A stretch of DNA of 47,713 nt, taken from the IMG/VR virus record IMGVR_UViG_2541047774_000010, one strand, 5' to 3'. The position numbers were made by a program, and so were the translations under genes. How positions within the stretch are numbered: position 1 is the stretch's first letter; each line of letters starts with the position of its first letter. Positions 27,764 to 37,749 of the stretch are shown one piece after another. Under the pieces are notes generated by a model. That model saw only the letters and a program-made list of their open reading frames with translations. It did not search any database and was not told the origin of the DNA. The stretch is from a virus (lineage: Duplodnaviria > Heunggongvirae > Uroviricota > Caudoviricetes).

Positions 27764-29722
27764 ATGCAGGCAGGTCACCAGAGTGACGCGGATATTTATA
27801 TTTATGACGAGATTGGTTTCTGGGGTGTTACGGCGAAGCAGTTTATCAGTGATCTGAATGCACTGGGCGATATCACCCACATTAATCTCCATATTAATTC
27901 ACCGGGTGGCGATGTCTTTGAAGGCATCGCCATTTTTAATGCACTGAAAACACATGGTGCGTCCATTACCGTTTATGTCGACGGTGTGGCGGCGTCAATG
28001 GCGTCGGTCATTGCGATGGTGGGAAACCCGGTCATTATGCCGGAAAACTCCTTCATGATGATTCATAAACCATTTGGCTTTACGGGCGGTGATGCGGAGG
28101 ACATGCGCACCTATGCCGACCTGCTCGATAAAGTTGAGGCGGTTCTGTTACCCGCTTATGCACAGAAAACCGGGAAAACCACCGATGAAATTGCTGCCAT
28201 GCTGGCGGATGAGACCTGGATGTCCGGTGCCGAATGTCTGGCACAGGGATTTGCTGATCAGGTGACACCAGCCGTTAAGGCAATGGCATGTATTCAGTCA
28301 AAACGTACAGAGGAATTTAAAAAGATGCCGGAATCCATTCGAAATATGATTACTCCGCCACGCAACAGTGCTCCACGCGTACAGGATGATGGACCTGCAG
28401 CCTCCCGGACGCCAGTGCAGGCAGCAGCACCCGTGGTGGATGAAAACAGCATCCGTGCGCAGGTCCTGGCAGAGCAAAAAGCGCGTGTAAACGGTATTAA
28501 TGATCTGTTTGCCATGTTTGGTGGGCGTTATCAGTCGCTGCAGGCTCAGTGTCTTGCCGATCCTGAATGTTCGCTGGAGCAGGCCCGCGAAAAGCTGTTG
28601 AACGAGATGGGGCGCGAGTCCACGCCATCCAATAAAAATACCCCGGCTCATATTTATGCCGGTAACGGTAATTTTGTGGGGGACGGGATCCGCCAGGCGC
28701 TGATGGCGCGCGCCGGGTTTGAAAAAACCGAACGTGATAATGTCTACAACGGGATGACCCTGCGTGAATATGCCCGTATGTCACTGACTGAACGTGGTAT
28801 TGGTGTTTCCAGTTATAACCCGATGCAGATGGTCGGTGCGGCGTTCACACACAGTACGTCTGACTTCGGTAATATTCTGCTGGATGTTGCGAACAAAGCC
28901 ATTCTGCAGGGCTGGGAAGATGCCCCTGAAACCTATGAACAGTGGACGCGGAAAGGTCAGTTGTCTGATTTTAAAATTGCCCATCGTGTGGGTATGGGGG
29001 GCTTCAGTGCTCTGCGTCAGGTGCGTGAAGGGGCAGAATATAAATACGTCACCACCGGAGATAAACAGGCCACTATTGCACTGGCGACCTATGGCGAGCT
29101 GTTCAGTATCACCCGTCAGGCCATTATCAATGATGATCTGAATATGCTGACCGATGTCCCGATGAAGCTGGGCCGTGCGGCGAAATCCACTATTGCCGAT
29201 CTGGTTTATGCCATTCTGACGTCTAACCCGAAAATCTCCACAGATAATGTAAGTCTGTTCGATAAAGCGAAACATGCAAACGTACTGGAGAGCGCGGCAA
29301 TGGACGTGGCATCGCTGGATAAAGCCCGCCAGTTGATGCGCGTTCAGAAAGAGGGTGAGCGTCATCTGAATATTCGTCCTGCGTTCGTACTGGTACCGAC
29401 GGCGATGGAGTCTGTTGCTAACCAGGTCATTCGCTCCTCAAGTGTCAAGGGGGCTGACATTAACGCCGGTATTATTAACCCGGTGAAAGATTTTGCGACC
29501 GTTATTGCAGAGCCTCGTCTTGATGATAACAGCCAGACCACCTTCTACCTGGCTGCGTCCAAAGGCTCCGATACGATTGAAGTGGCTTATCTCAACGGTG
29601 TGGATACGCCATATATTGATCAGATGGAGGGCTTCAGTGTGGATGGCGTGACAACGAAAGTACGTATTGACGCTGGTGTTGCGCCAGTTGATCACCGCGG
29701 CCTGGTGAAATGTACGGCGTAA
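27764..29722 (+). CDS. Prohead protease (ClpP/S49-like) fused to major capsid protein
   Basis: N-terminal ClpP-like region (INSPGGDVFEGIAIFNALK...MMIHKPFGFTGGDAEDM) followed by about 450 aa of capsid-like sequence; the track ORF start at 27503 overlaps the portal and is probably not used (ATG at 27764). Confidence 0.78.
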   Translation: MQAGHQSDADIYIYDEIGFWGVTAKQFISDLNALGDITHINLHINSPGGDVFEGIAIFNALKTHGASITVYVDGVAASMASVIAMVGNPVIMPENSFMMIHKPFGFTGGDAEDMRTYADLLDKVEAVLLPAYAQKTGKTTDEIAAMLADETWMSGAECLAQGFADQVTPAVKAMACIQSKRTEEFKKMPESIRNMITPPRNSAPRVQDDGPAASRTPVQAAAPVVDENSIRAQVLAEQKARVNGINDLFAMFGGRYQSLQAQCLADPECSLEQAREKLLNEMGRESTPSNKNTPAHIYAGNGNFVGDGIRQALMARAGFEKTERDNVYNGMTLREYARMSLTERGIGVSSYNPMQMVGAAFTHSTSDFGNILLDVANKAILQGWEDAPETYEQWTRKGQLSDFKIAHRVGMGGFSALRQVREGAEYKYVTTGDKQATIALATYGELFSITRQAIINDDLNMLTDVPMKLGRAAKSTIADLVYAILTSNPKISTDNVSLFDKAKHANVLESAAMDVASLDKARQLMRVQKEGERHLNIRPAFVLVPTAMESVANQVIRSSSVKGADINAGIINPVKDFATVIAEPRLDDNSQTTFYLAASKGSDTIEVAYLNGVDTPYIDQMEGFSVDGVTTKVRIDAGVAPVDHRGLVKCTA

Positions 29723-29745
29723 ACGTCGCAGACAACAACTCTGAT

Positions 29746-29766
29746 GGCCCGTAAGGGCTTTTTTTG
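29746..29766 (+). terminator. Intrinsic terminator or attenuator after the capsid gene
   Basis: GCCC-GTAA-GGGC hairpin followed by T7; a second hairpin CAGCCCC-TGAA-CGGGGCTG at 29778-29796. Confidence 0.5.
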
Positions 29767-29808
29767 TACCTGAAATCAGCCCCTGAACGGGGCTGTGCGG
29801 AGACAGTT

Positions 29809-30132
29809 ATGGCAAAGAATTTTGTAGAAGAAGGAAAAACGGTGGCGATTGTTGCCAGTGCAGCCATCAGCAGCGGAGATCTGGTGCAGGTGGGTGATGT
29901 TTTTGCGGTGGCGCTGACCGATATTCCACAGGGAGAAACAGGCGACGGCATAACCGAAGGTGTGTTTATGCTGCCTAAGCTGAAAACGGATGACATGAAA
30001 ACGGGTAAGAAGGTTTATATGAAGTCAGGAAAAGTTCAGCTGACTAACAGCGGCTCTGATCCGCTGGTCGGGGTTGTCTGGGCAGATGCCGGAACCAGTG
30101 CAGAAGAAGTGCCGGTAAAACTCAATGTCTGA
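29809..30132 (+). CDS. Small head protein (DUF2190-like, FI position)
   Basis: 107 aa from MAKNFVEEGKT with RBS GGAGA; directly follows the capsid gene. Confidence 0.5.
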   Translation: MAKNFVEEGKTVAIVASAAISSGDLVQVGDVFAVALTDIPQGETGDGITEGVFMLPKLKTDDMKTGKKVYMKSGKVQLTNSGSDPLVGVVWADAGTSAEEVPVKLNV

Positions 30133-30400
30133 TCCCTTTTCCCGGCTGGCAGCGCGTATGGATGCGATCACGGTCAGAAAGATGGGAAAGACAGCCTCGA
30201 TTAATGATGTCGATATGACTGTGATCCCGGGAGAAACACTGGCAGAGCTGAATGCTCTGTCCGGACCTGCGGTCTCTCTGGTGGTGTTTTCTTCGGGATA
30301 CCGCCCACGGCGCGGGGATCGCGTTGTTTATGACGGACAACAATGGACGGTCACACGGCATGAACGCTTTAACGGTAAGCCAATGATCTTTATTGAGTAA
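30125..30400 (+). CDS. Head completion / head-tail joining protein, gpFII-like
   Basis: 91 aa; RRGDRVVYDGQQWTV resembles the lambda FII region RRGDTLTIGEENFWV; located before Z. Confidence 0.55.
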   Translation: MSDPFSRLAARMDAITVRKMGKTASINDVDMTVIPGETLAELNALSGPAVSLVVFSSGYRPRRGDRVVYDGQQWTVTRHERFNGKPMIFIE

Positions 30401-30411
30401 AGAGGTGTGGG

Positions 30412-30990
30412 ATGAAGGGGCTTGAGAATGCCATCCGCAATCTGAACAGCCTTGATACCCGTATGGTGCCACAGGCCAGCGCATGGGCGATAAACCGTGT
30501 GGCACAGAAAGCGGTCTCGGTTGCCACCCGGCAGGTTGCCGGGAATACCGTTGCGGGAGATAACCAGGTGAAAGGGATCCCCCTGAAACTGGTACGTCAG
30601 CGTGTCCGGGTGTTTAAAGCCAGTCCGTCAGGAAAAATGACGGCCAGGATCCGCGTTAACCGAGGCAATCTGCCCGCCATTAAGCTGGGGACAGCCCGGG
30701 TCAGACTGGCCCGGCGTGGTGGAAAACTGCAGTACCGTGGCAGTGTGCTGAAGGTGGGTAAATATCTTTTCCGGGATGCGTTTATTCAGCAACTGGCGAA
30801 TGGTCGCTGGCATGTGATGCGACGTATTGATGGCAAAAATCGTTACCCCATTGATGTGGTGAAAATCCCGCTGTCCGGACCGCTGACACAGGCATTTGAA
30901 GATGCCCGCGACCACATCATTGCTGCGGAAATGCCGAAACAGCTGGGGTATGCACTGAAACAACAACTGAGGTTATGGCTGACCCGATGA
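30412..30990 (+). CDS. Z: Minor tail protein Z
   Basis: 192 aa (lambda Z is 192 aa); MKGLENAIRNL...IKLGTARV...NGRWHVMRRIDGKNRYPIDVVKIP matches lambda gpZ as recalled. Confidence 0.88.
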   Translation: MKGLENAIRNLNSLDTRMVPQASAWAINRVAQKAVSVATRQVAGNTVAGDNQVKGIPLKLVRQRVRVFKASPSGKMTARIRVNRGNLPAIKLGTARVRLARRGGKLQYRGSVLKVGKYLFRDAFIQQLANGRWHVMRRIDGKNRYPIDVVKIPLSGPLTQAFEDARDHIIAAEMPKQLGYALKQQLRLWLTR

Positions 30991-31388
30991 ACCGACATAC
31001 ACAAATCCGCCAGGCCGTACTGGCACGCCTTCGGGAACAGTGTGGAGACAGCGCCACGTTTTTTGACGGGCTTCCGGCATTTATTGATGCGCAGGAACTG
31101 CCTGCCGTGGCGGTGTGGCTGAGTGATGCTCAGTACACCGGAAAAATGACGGATGAAGATGACTGGCAGGCTGTTCTGCATATTGCCGTCTTCATCCGGG
31201 CACAGGCACCGGATTCAGAGCTGGATATGTGGATGGAGAGCACCATTTTCCCTGCCCTGAATGATGTACCGGCACTTTCCGGACTCATCGACACCCTGAT
31301 CCCACTCGGTTTTAACTATCAACGTGATAATGAGATGGCCACCTGGGCGATGGCGGAAATCACGTACCAGATCACGTACACGAATTAA
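30975..31388 (+). CDS. U: Minor tail protein U (tail terminator)
   Basis: 137 aa; ATFFDGLPAF...LPAVAVWLSDAQYTG...DSELDMWMES matches lambda gpU as recalled. Confidence 0.88.
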   Translation: MADPMNRHTQIRQAVLARLREQCGDSATFFDGLPAFIDAQELPAVAVWLSDAQYTGKMTDEDDWQAVLHIAVFIRAQAPDSELDMWMESTIFPALNDVPALSGLIDTLIPLGFNYQRDNEMATWAMAEITYQITYTN

Positions 31389-31398
31389 GGAGGTGGTA

Positions 31399-32142
31399 AT
31401 GACCACACCAAATCCACTGGCAAAGACGAAAGGTGCGGGGACGACGTTCTGGATGTATACCGGCAATGGCGATGCGTTTGCGAACCCTTTGTCGGACACT
31501 GACTGGCTGCGTCTTGCGATGGTGAAGGATCTGCAACCTGGCGAAATGACCGCTGATGCAGAAGATGACACTTATCTCGATGATGAAGATGCAGACTGGA
31601 AAACGACAACCCAGGGGCAGAAATCCGTCGGTGATACTTCGGCGACGCTGGCCTGGCGTCCGGGTGACAGCGGGCAGAAAAAACTGGTTCAGTTGTTCGA
31701 CTCCGGTGAAGTCTGCGCGTTTCGTATCAAATATCCCAACGGTACTGTTGATGTTTTCCGTGGCTGGCTGAGTTCACTGGGTAAAACCATTGCCTCAAAA
31801 GACGTGATGACCCGCACAGTGAAAATCAGCGGTGTGGGGCGTCCGTATCTGGCAGAAGAAGGCACTGAAACCGTGGGCGTTACCGGGCTGACGGTGGCAC
31901 CGGCATCTGCCAGTGTAAAAGTGGGAGCAACCACCACGCTGACCTTTACAGTAAAACCTGACGGAGCCAGTGACAAAGCGATCAGTGTGCATTCGACAGA
32001 TCCACAGACTGCCACGGTGACCCTGAACGGGCTTGTGGCCACGGTGAAAGGCGTGAAGCAGGGCAGTGTCAGCATTGTGGGCATGACTTCTGACGGCGAT
32101 TTTGTGGCAGTGGCTACGGTGGCTGTCAGCGCCGCAGGTTAA
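31399..32142 (+). CDS. V: Major tail protein V with C-terminal Ig-like (Big_2) domain
   Basis: Start MTTPNPLAKTKGAGTTFW with RBS AAGGAGGTGG; close match to lambda gpV throughout (YLDDEDADW, FRGWLSS). Confidence 0.92.
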   Translation: MTTPNPLAKTKGAGTTFWMYTGNGDAFANPLSDTDWLRLAMVKDLQPGEMTADAEDDTYLDDEDADWKTTTQGQKSVGDTSATLAWRPGDSGQKKLVQLFDSGEVCAFRIKYPNGTVDVFRGWLSSLGKTIASKDVMTRTVKISGVGRPYLAEEGTETVGVTGLTVAPASASVKVGATTTLTFTVKPDGASDKAISVHSTDPQTATVTLNGLVATVKGVKQGSVSIVGMTSDGDFVAVATVAVSAAG

Positions 32143-32162
32143 CAGGACGATACTCATCATTT

Positions 32163-32186
32163 GCCCCGATTATCCGGGGCTTTTTT
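32163..32186 (+). terminator. Intrinsic terminator or attenuator after V
   Basis: GCCCCG-loop-CGGGGC hairpin followed by T6. Confidence 0.55.
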
Positions 32187-32202
32187 GCAGGTGGAGAACA
32201 TG

Positions 32203-32589
32203 ATGTTTCTGAAACAGGGCACGTTTAATTATGAAAAGCAGTCCGTGGTGCTCAGTGAGCTGTCCGGGCTGCAGAGAATTGAATATCTGGCGTTTGTTCA
32301 GCAGCGAACGGCAAAGTTTGATGCCGAAGAGGGAGAACTGCCGGAGGCTGAACGACAGATTGCTTTTCTGCGGATGGGGATGGATATCAATGCCTGGCTG
32401 GTTTCCCGCTCACTGTGGAATGCGGATCAGTCTAAGGATGTAGAGACGCTTTGCGCATCCGTTATTACAACATGGTCGTATGATGCCCTGGGTGCGGGGG
32501 CGGAGATGGTTCTGTCGCTGAGCGGTATGGGGACCATTGATAATGCCGGGGATGATGAGCATGAGGCGCTGACGCCGGAAAAGTCCTGA
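32203..32589 (+). CDS. G: Tail assembly chaperone G
   Basis: MFLKQGTFNYEKQSVVLSELSGLQRIEYLAF matches the lambda gpG N-terminus as recalled. Confidence 0.85.
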   Translation: MFLKQGTFNYEKQSVVLSELSGLQRIEYLAFVQQRTAKFDAEEGELPEAERQIAFLRMGMDINAWLVSRSLWNADQSKDVETLCASVITTWSYDALGAGAEMVLSLSGMGTIDNAGDDEHEALTPEKS

Positions 32590-32597
32590 CGCGGGAA

Positions 32598-32927
32598 ATG
32601 CAGTTTGTCATGCGGCTTGCCCGGGAGTTCCGACGGGCAGACTGGCGGCGGATGCTGTCGGAAATGTCGGCCACTGAGCTTGGTGAGTGGGGCGATTATT
32701 TCCGGATGCAGAGCTTCAGTGATGTGTGGATGGATGCGCAGTTTGCCTCGCTGAAGGCATTGATCGTGAGAATGGTGTCCGGTAGCAGTGATGCTGCGGT
32801 GGCTGATTTCAGCCTTTTACCGGAAGAGAACGGGATACCGGAGCGAACGGACGAAGAACTGATGCATCTTGGGGAAGGTATTTCCGGAGGTGTGCGTTAT
32901 GGACCAGATAGCCAACCTGGTCATTGA
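32598..32927 (+). CDS. T: T portion of the G-T tail assembly chaperone (made by -1 frameshift from G; fusion spans 32203-32927)
   Basis: -1 frame relative to G stays open from about 32571; candidate slip site GGAAAAG at 32577-32583, just before the G stop (TGA 32587-32589). Confidence 0.7.
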   Translation: MQFVMRLAREFRRADWRRMLSEMSATELGEWGDYFRMQSFSDVWMDAQFASLKALIVRMVSGSSDAAVADFSLLPEENGIPERTDEELMHLGEGISGGVRYGPDSQPGH

Positions 32928-35900
32928 TTTGGGGATTGATGCGGCAGAGTTTAAAAATGAAATTCCCCGTATCAAAAACCTTCTGAATGGTGCAGCCAGC
33001 GATGCAGAACGGTCTTCTGCCCGTATGCAGCGTTTTATGGAGCGTCAGACTCAGGCCGCCCGGCAGACAATGCAGGCGGCTTCTTCGGCTGCAACAGCCG
33101 CATCCGTCCATGCGCAGACGGTGGAGAAGAGCGCACAGGCTCATGAACGCATGGCCCGCGAGGTGGAGCAAACCCGCCAGCGTATGGAGGCACTGAGCCA
33201 GAAAATGCGTGAGGAACAGGCGCAGGCCATGGCTCTGGCGGAGGCTCAGGATAAAGCGGCTGCCGCGTTTTATCGTCAGATTGACAGTGTGAAACAGGCC
33301 AGTGCGGGGCTGCAGGAATTACAGCGTATTCAGCAGCAGATCCGACAGGCCAGAAACAGTGGCGGGATTGGTCAGCAGGATTATCTGGCGCTGATTTCTG
33401 AGGTTACGGCGAAAACCCGTGTTCTTACGCAGGCTGAGGCAGAGGCTACCCGACAGAAAGTGGCGTTTATCCGTCAGCTTAAAGAGCAGGCAACCCGCCA
33501 GAATCTTTCTTCTTCTGAGTTGCTTCGTGCTAAGGCTGCCCAGCTGGGGGTAAGCAGAGCTGCAGAAGTGTATATCCGCAAAATGGAGCAGGCAGGAAAA
33601 GCCACGCATTCGCTGGGTCTGAAAAGTGCAGCGGCCCGCCAGGAGATAGGCGTTCTGATAGGTGAACTGGTTCGCGGCAATTTAGGTGCGCTGAGGGGAT
33701 CCGGGATAACGCTGGCTAACCGTGCCGGATGGATAGACACACTGATGTCACCGAAAGGCATGATGCTGGGCGGGGTTATTGGCGGTATTGCCGCGGCCGT
33801 CTATGGTCTGGGTAAAGCCTGGTATGATGGTCAGAAGGAGGGGGAAGAATTTAACCGCCAGTTGTCGCTGACGGGGCATTATGCCGGAGTCACTGCCGGG
33901 CAGCTGTGGACGCTCAGTCGTGCTATTTCCGGGAATGGTATCACGCAACATGCTGCAGCCGGTGCGCTGGCTCAGGTGGTGGGGAGTGGCGCATTTCGTG
34001 GAAACGATATCGGTATGGTGGCGAGAGCTGCCGCACAGATGGAGCGATCGGTTGGCCAGTCGGTCAGCGATACCATAAGTCAGTTTAAGCGGCTGAAGGA
34101 TGATCCTGTAAATGCCGCGAAGGCTCTGGACAATGAGCTGCATTTTCTTACTGCCACTCAGCTTGAGCAGATACGTGTCCTTGGGGATCAGGGACGGTCC
34201 AGTGATGCTGCACGGATAGCCATGTCTGCACTGGCAGAGGAAACCGGTCGGCGTACTGCGGATATTGATAATAACCTCAATGCGCTTGGCAGTACGCTGA
34301 AGTATCTGTCTGATTTGTGGAGTCGTTTCTGGGATGCGGCCATTAATATTGGTCGTGAAGACTCGCTGGATGAACAGATTGCCGCTTTACAGGAGAAAGT
34401 GTCGCGGGCGAAAAGACTCCCCTGGACGGCATCATCTTCTCAGGTTGAATACGATCAGCAGCGTCTTAACGATCTTCAGGAGAAAAAACGCCAGAAGGAT
34501 TTGCAGGATGCAAAAGAGCAGGCAGAGCGGAATTATCAGGAGCAACAGAAACGACGTAATGCTGAAAATGCTGCACTGAACCGGATGAATGAATCGGAAG
34601 CAGCACGACATCAGCGTGAAATTGCGCGTATTAATTCCATGCAGTACGCCGATCAGGCTGTCAGGGATGCAGCGATACAACGTGAAAATGAACGTTACGA
34701 GAAAGCCCTGGCATCCGGTAAGAAAAAAACACGCGAAACCCGTAATGATGAGGCCACCCGGTTATTGCTGCAGTACAGTCAGCAACAGGCACAGGTGGAA
34801 GGACAGATTGCTGCTGCAAGACAGTCAGCAGGCATTGCCACTGAAAAGATGACAGAAGCGCATAAACAGCTTCTGGCTCTGCAGCAGCGCATCAGCGATC
34901 TGGACGGGAAAAAACTGACGACAGATGAAAAGAGTGTGCTGGCCCGTAAAGATGAACTGATTCAGGCACTGATGCTGCTGGATGTAAAACAGCAGGAGCT
35001 TCAGAAACAGACGGCACTCAACGATCTGAAGAAAAAAACAATTCAGCTGACCAGTCAACTGGCTGAAGAAGAGCGCGCTCAGCGTCAGCAACATGACCTG
35101 GATATCGCCACGGTGGGTATGGGTGATCAGCAGCGGCAGCGATATCAGGTACAACTGAGTCTTCGCCAGAAAAACCAGCAACAGCTGGAGCAGTTGAGGC
35201 GGGATAGTGAGCAGAAAGGGACATATAACACGGATGACTACAGAAAGGCCGAGCAGGCGCTGACGGAGAGCCTGAACCGACAACTGAATGAGAATCGCCG
35301 TTACTGGCAACAGCTTGAAGTTGTGCAGGGTAACTGGAAAAACGGAGTCCTGCGTGCATTTCAGGATTTTACCGTGGATGCAGACAATACGGCAGGAACA
35401 GCAGAACAGGTGTTCTCGTCAGCCTTCAGCAACATGGGAAATGGCCTGGCAACTTTTGTCACTACCGGCAAACTCAACTTCAAATCCTTCACCTCTTCGG
35501 TGCTGTCAGATATGGCGAAAATCCTGGCGCAGGCAACCATGATGAAATCGATAAAAGGGATTGGCAGTGTACTGGGATTTGATCTCAGCAGCCTTTCCCT
35601 GAATGCCAATGGGGGGATTTATCAGTCTGCTGATTTGAGTCGTTACAGTGGCACGGTGGTTAACCGTCCGACGTTTTTTGCTTTTGCAAAAGGCGCGGGT
35701 GTGATGGGGGAAGCTGGACCTGAAGCCATTCTGCCACTGCGTCGTGGTGCTGACGGTAAGCTGGGGGTTGTGGCGGATATTGGTGGTTCAGGTATGGCGA
35801 TGTTTGCCCCGCAGTACAACATCGAGATCAATAACGATGGCACGAACGGGCAGATAGGTCCGGCTGCCCTGAAGGTGGTTTATGACCTTGGGAAAAAAGC

Positions 35901-35964
35901 GGCAGCGGATTTTATGCAACAGCAGGCCCGTGATGGTGGTCGGTTAAGTGGAGCATATCGGTAA
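32899..35964 (+). CDS. H: Tail tape measure protein H
   Basis: About 1020 aa from MDQIANLVIDLGID with RBS GGAGGTG; long coiled-coil central region; position between G/T and M. Confidence 0.9.
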   Translation: MDQIANLVIDLGIDAAEFKNEIPRIKNLLNGAASDAERSSARMQRFMERQTQAARQTMQAASSAATAASVHAQTVEKSAQAHERMAREVEQTRQRMEALSQKMREEQAQAMALAEAQDKAAAAFYRQIDSVKQASAGLQELQRIQQQIRQARNSGGIGQQDYLALISEVTAKTRVLTQAEAEATRQKVAFIRQLKEQATRQNLSSSELLRAKAAQLGVSRAAEVYIRKMEQAGKATHSLGLKSAAARQEIGVLIGELVRGNLGALRGSGITLANRAGWIDTLMSPKGMMLGGVIGGIAAAVYGLGKAWYDGQKEGEEFNRQLSLTGHYAGVTAGQLWTLSRAISGNGITQHAAAGALAQVVGSGAFRGNDIGMVARAAAQMERSVGQSVSDTISQFKRLKDDPVNAAKALDNELHFLTATQLEQIRVLGDQGRSSDAARIAMSALAEETGRRTADIDNNLNALGSTLKYLSDLWSRFWDAAINIGREDSLDEQIAALQEKVSRAKRLPWTASSSQVEYDQQRLNDLQEKKRQKDLQDAKEQAERNYQEQQKRRNAENAALNRMNESEAARHQREIARINSMQYADQAVRDAAIQRENERYEKALASGKKKTRETRNDEATRLLLQYSQQQAQVEGQIAAARQSAGIATEKMTEAHKQLLALQQRISDLDGKKLTTDEKSVLARKDELIQALMLLDVKQQELQKQTALNDLKKKTIQLTSQLAEEERAQRQQHDLDIATVGMGDQQRQRYQVQLSLRQKNQQQLEQLRRDSEQKGTYNTDDYRKAEQALTESLNRQLNENRRYWQQLEVVQGNWKNGVLRAFQDFTVDADNTAGTAEQVFSSAFSNMGNGLATFVTTGKLNFKSFTSSVLSDMAKILAQATMMKSIKGIGSVLGFDLSSLSLNANGGIYQSADLSRYSGTVVNRPTFFAFAKGAGVMGEAGPEAILPLRRGADGKLGVVADIGGSGMAMFAPQYNIEINNDGTNGQIGPAALKVVYDLGKKAAADFMQQQARDGGRLSGAYR

Positions 35965-36293
35965 TGGAGACGTTTCACTGGAAAGTGCGCCCGGATATGA
36001 ATGTGGTATCAGAGCCGAAAGTGGTGACAGTGAAGCTGGGCGATGGTTATGAACAGCGTCGTGCGGCGGGACTGAATAACCAGTTGTCGATTTACAGCGT
36101 GACGATACGTGTTCGTAAATGTGAACACCCATCTTTAAAAGCCTTTCTGGAACGGCACGGTGGCGTCCGCGCATTTCAGTGGACGCCACCTTATGACTGG
36201 AAGCCGATCAGGGTGGTTTGTCGTAAATGGTCGGCAAGCGTGGGGGCGTTGTGGGTAACCATAACGGCAGATTTTGAACAGGTCGTGGCATAG
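35964..36293 (+). CDS. M: Minor tail protein M
   Basis: 109 aa (same as lambda M); METFHWKVRPDM...GDGYEQR...WTPPYDW...FEQVV. Confidence 0.9.
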   Translation: METFHWKVRPDMNVVSEPKVVTVKLGDGYEQRRAAGLNNQLSIYSVTIRVRKCEHPSLKAFLERHGGVRAFQWTPPYDWKPIRVVCRKWSASVGALWVTITADFEQVVA

Positions 36294-36302
36294 GAGTCTC
36301 TG

Positions 36303-37001
36303 ATGCAGGATATTCCACAGGAAACACATCATGAGACGACACGCCTCACTCAGTCAGCCCAGATGGTGCTCTGGGAAATCGATCTGACAGAGGTCGGTGG
36401 AGAACGTTATTTTTTCTGTAATGAGCAGAACGAAAAAAGTGAGCCGGTCACCTGGCAGGGGCGACAGTATCAGGCGTATCCCATTCAGGGGACGGGATTT
36501 GAACTGAACGGCAAGGGCAGTGCTGCCCGTCCGACTCTGACGGTTTCTAACCTGCACGGCATGGTCACCGGGATGGCGGAAGATCTGCAGAGTCTGGTCG
36601 GCGGAACGGTGGTCCGGCGTAAGGTTTACGCCCGTTTTCTGGATGCGGTGAACTTCGTCAACGGAAACAGTGACGCCGACCCGGAGCAGGAGGTGATCAG
36701 CCGCTGGCGCATCGAGCAGTGCAGCGAACTGAGCGCGGTCAGTGCCTCTTTTGTACTGGCCACGCCGACGGAAACGGACGGCGCTGTTTTTCCGGGACGT
36801 ATCATGCTGGCCAACACCTGCACCTGGACCTATCGCGGCGATGAGTGCGGTTATCACGGTCCGGCGGTCGCGGATGAATATGACCAGCCAACGTCCGATA
36901 TCACGAAGGATAAATGCAGCAAATGCCTGAGCGGTTGTAAGTTCCGCAATAACGTCGGCAACTTTGGCGGCTTCCTTTCCATTAACAAACTTTCGCAGTA
37001 A
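36303..37001 (+). CDS. L: Minor tail protein L
   Basis: 232 aa (same as lambda L); near-identical to lambda L as recalled (VLWEIDLTEVGGERYFFCNEQNEK...). Confidence 0.95.
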   Translation: MQDIPQETHHETTRLTQSAQMVLWEIDLTEVGGERYFFCNEQNEKSEPVTWQGRQYQAYPIQGTGFELNGKGSAARPTLTVSNLHGMVTGMAEDLQSLVGGTVVRRKVYARFLDAVNFVNGNSDADPEQEVISRWRIEQCSELSAVSASFVLATPTETDGAVFPGRIMLANTCTWTYRGDECGYHGPAVADEYDQPTSDITKDKCSKCLSGCKFRNNVGNFGGFLSINKLSQ

Positions 37002-37005
37002 ACCC

Positions 37006-37749
37006 ATGACACAGACAGAATCAGCGATTCTGGCGCACGCCCGGCGATGTGCGCCAGCGGAGTCGTGCGGCTTCGTGGTAAGCACGCCGGAGGGGGAAAG
37101 ATATTTCCCCTGCGTGAATATCTCCGGTGAGCCGGAGGCGTATTTCCGTATGTCGCCGGAAGACTGGCTGCAGGCAGAAATGCAGGGTGAGGTGGTGGCG
37201 CTGGTCCACAGCCACCCCGGTGGTCTGCCCTGGCTGAGTGAGGCCGACCGGCGGCTGCAGGTGCAGAGTGATTTGCCGTGGTGGCTGGTCTGCCGGGGGA
37301 CGATTCATAAGTTCCGCTGTGTGCCGCATCTCACCGGGCGGCGCTTTGAGCACGGGGTGACGGACTGTTACACGCTGTTCCGGGATGCTTATCATCTGGC
37401 GGGGATTGAGATGCCGGATTTTCATCGCGAGGATGACTGGTGGCGTAACGGTCAGAATCTCTATCTGGATAATATGGAGGCAACGGGGCTGTATCAGGTG
37501 CCGTTGTCAGCGGCCCAGCCGGGCGATGTGCTGCTGTGCTGTTTTGGTTCATCGGTGCCGAATCATGCCGCCATTTACTGCGGCGACGGCGAGCTGTTGC
37601 ACCATATTCCTGAACAACTGAGCAAACGAGAGAGGTATACCGACAAATGGCAGCGACGCACACACTCCCTCTGGCGTCACCGGGCATGGCACGCATCTGC
37701 CTTTACGGGGATTTACAACGATTTGGCCGCCGCATCGACCTTCGAGTGA
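37006..37749 (+). CDS. K: Tail assembly protein K (JAB/MPN plus NlpC/P60-like)
   Basis: Start MTQTESAILAHARRCAPAESCGFVVS; HSHPGG metal-binding motif; conserved lambda position. Confidence 0.88.
   Translation: MTQTESAILAHARRCAPAESCGFVVSTPEGERYFPCVNISGEPEAYFRMSPEDWLQAEMQGEVVALVHSHPGGLPWLSEADRRLQVQSDLPWWLVCRGTIHKFRCVPHLTGRRFEHGVTDCYTLFRDAYHLAGIEMPDFHREDDWWRNGQNLYLDNMEATGLYQVPLSAAQPGDVLLCCFGSSVPNHAAIYCGDGELLHHIPEQLSKRERYTDKWQRRTHSLWRHRAWHASAFTGIYNDLAAASTFE

Noticed and set aside
33319-35359. Multiple minus-strand and alternate-frame ORFs within the tape measure gene
   Set aside because: They are fully embedded in H; the repetitive coiled-coil coding sequence yields open antisense frames.
36354-37085. 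243-aa minus-strand ORF antisense to L and K
   Set aside because: It is antisense to conserved lambda-like tail genes and has no start context.
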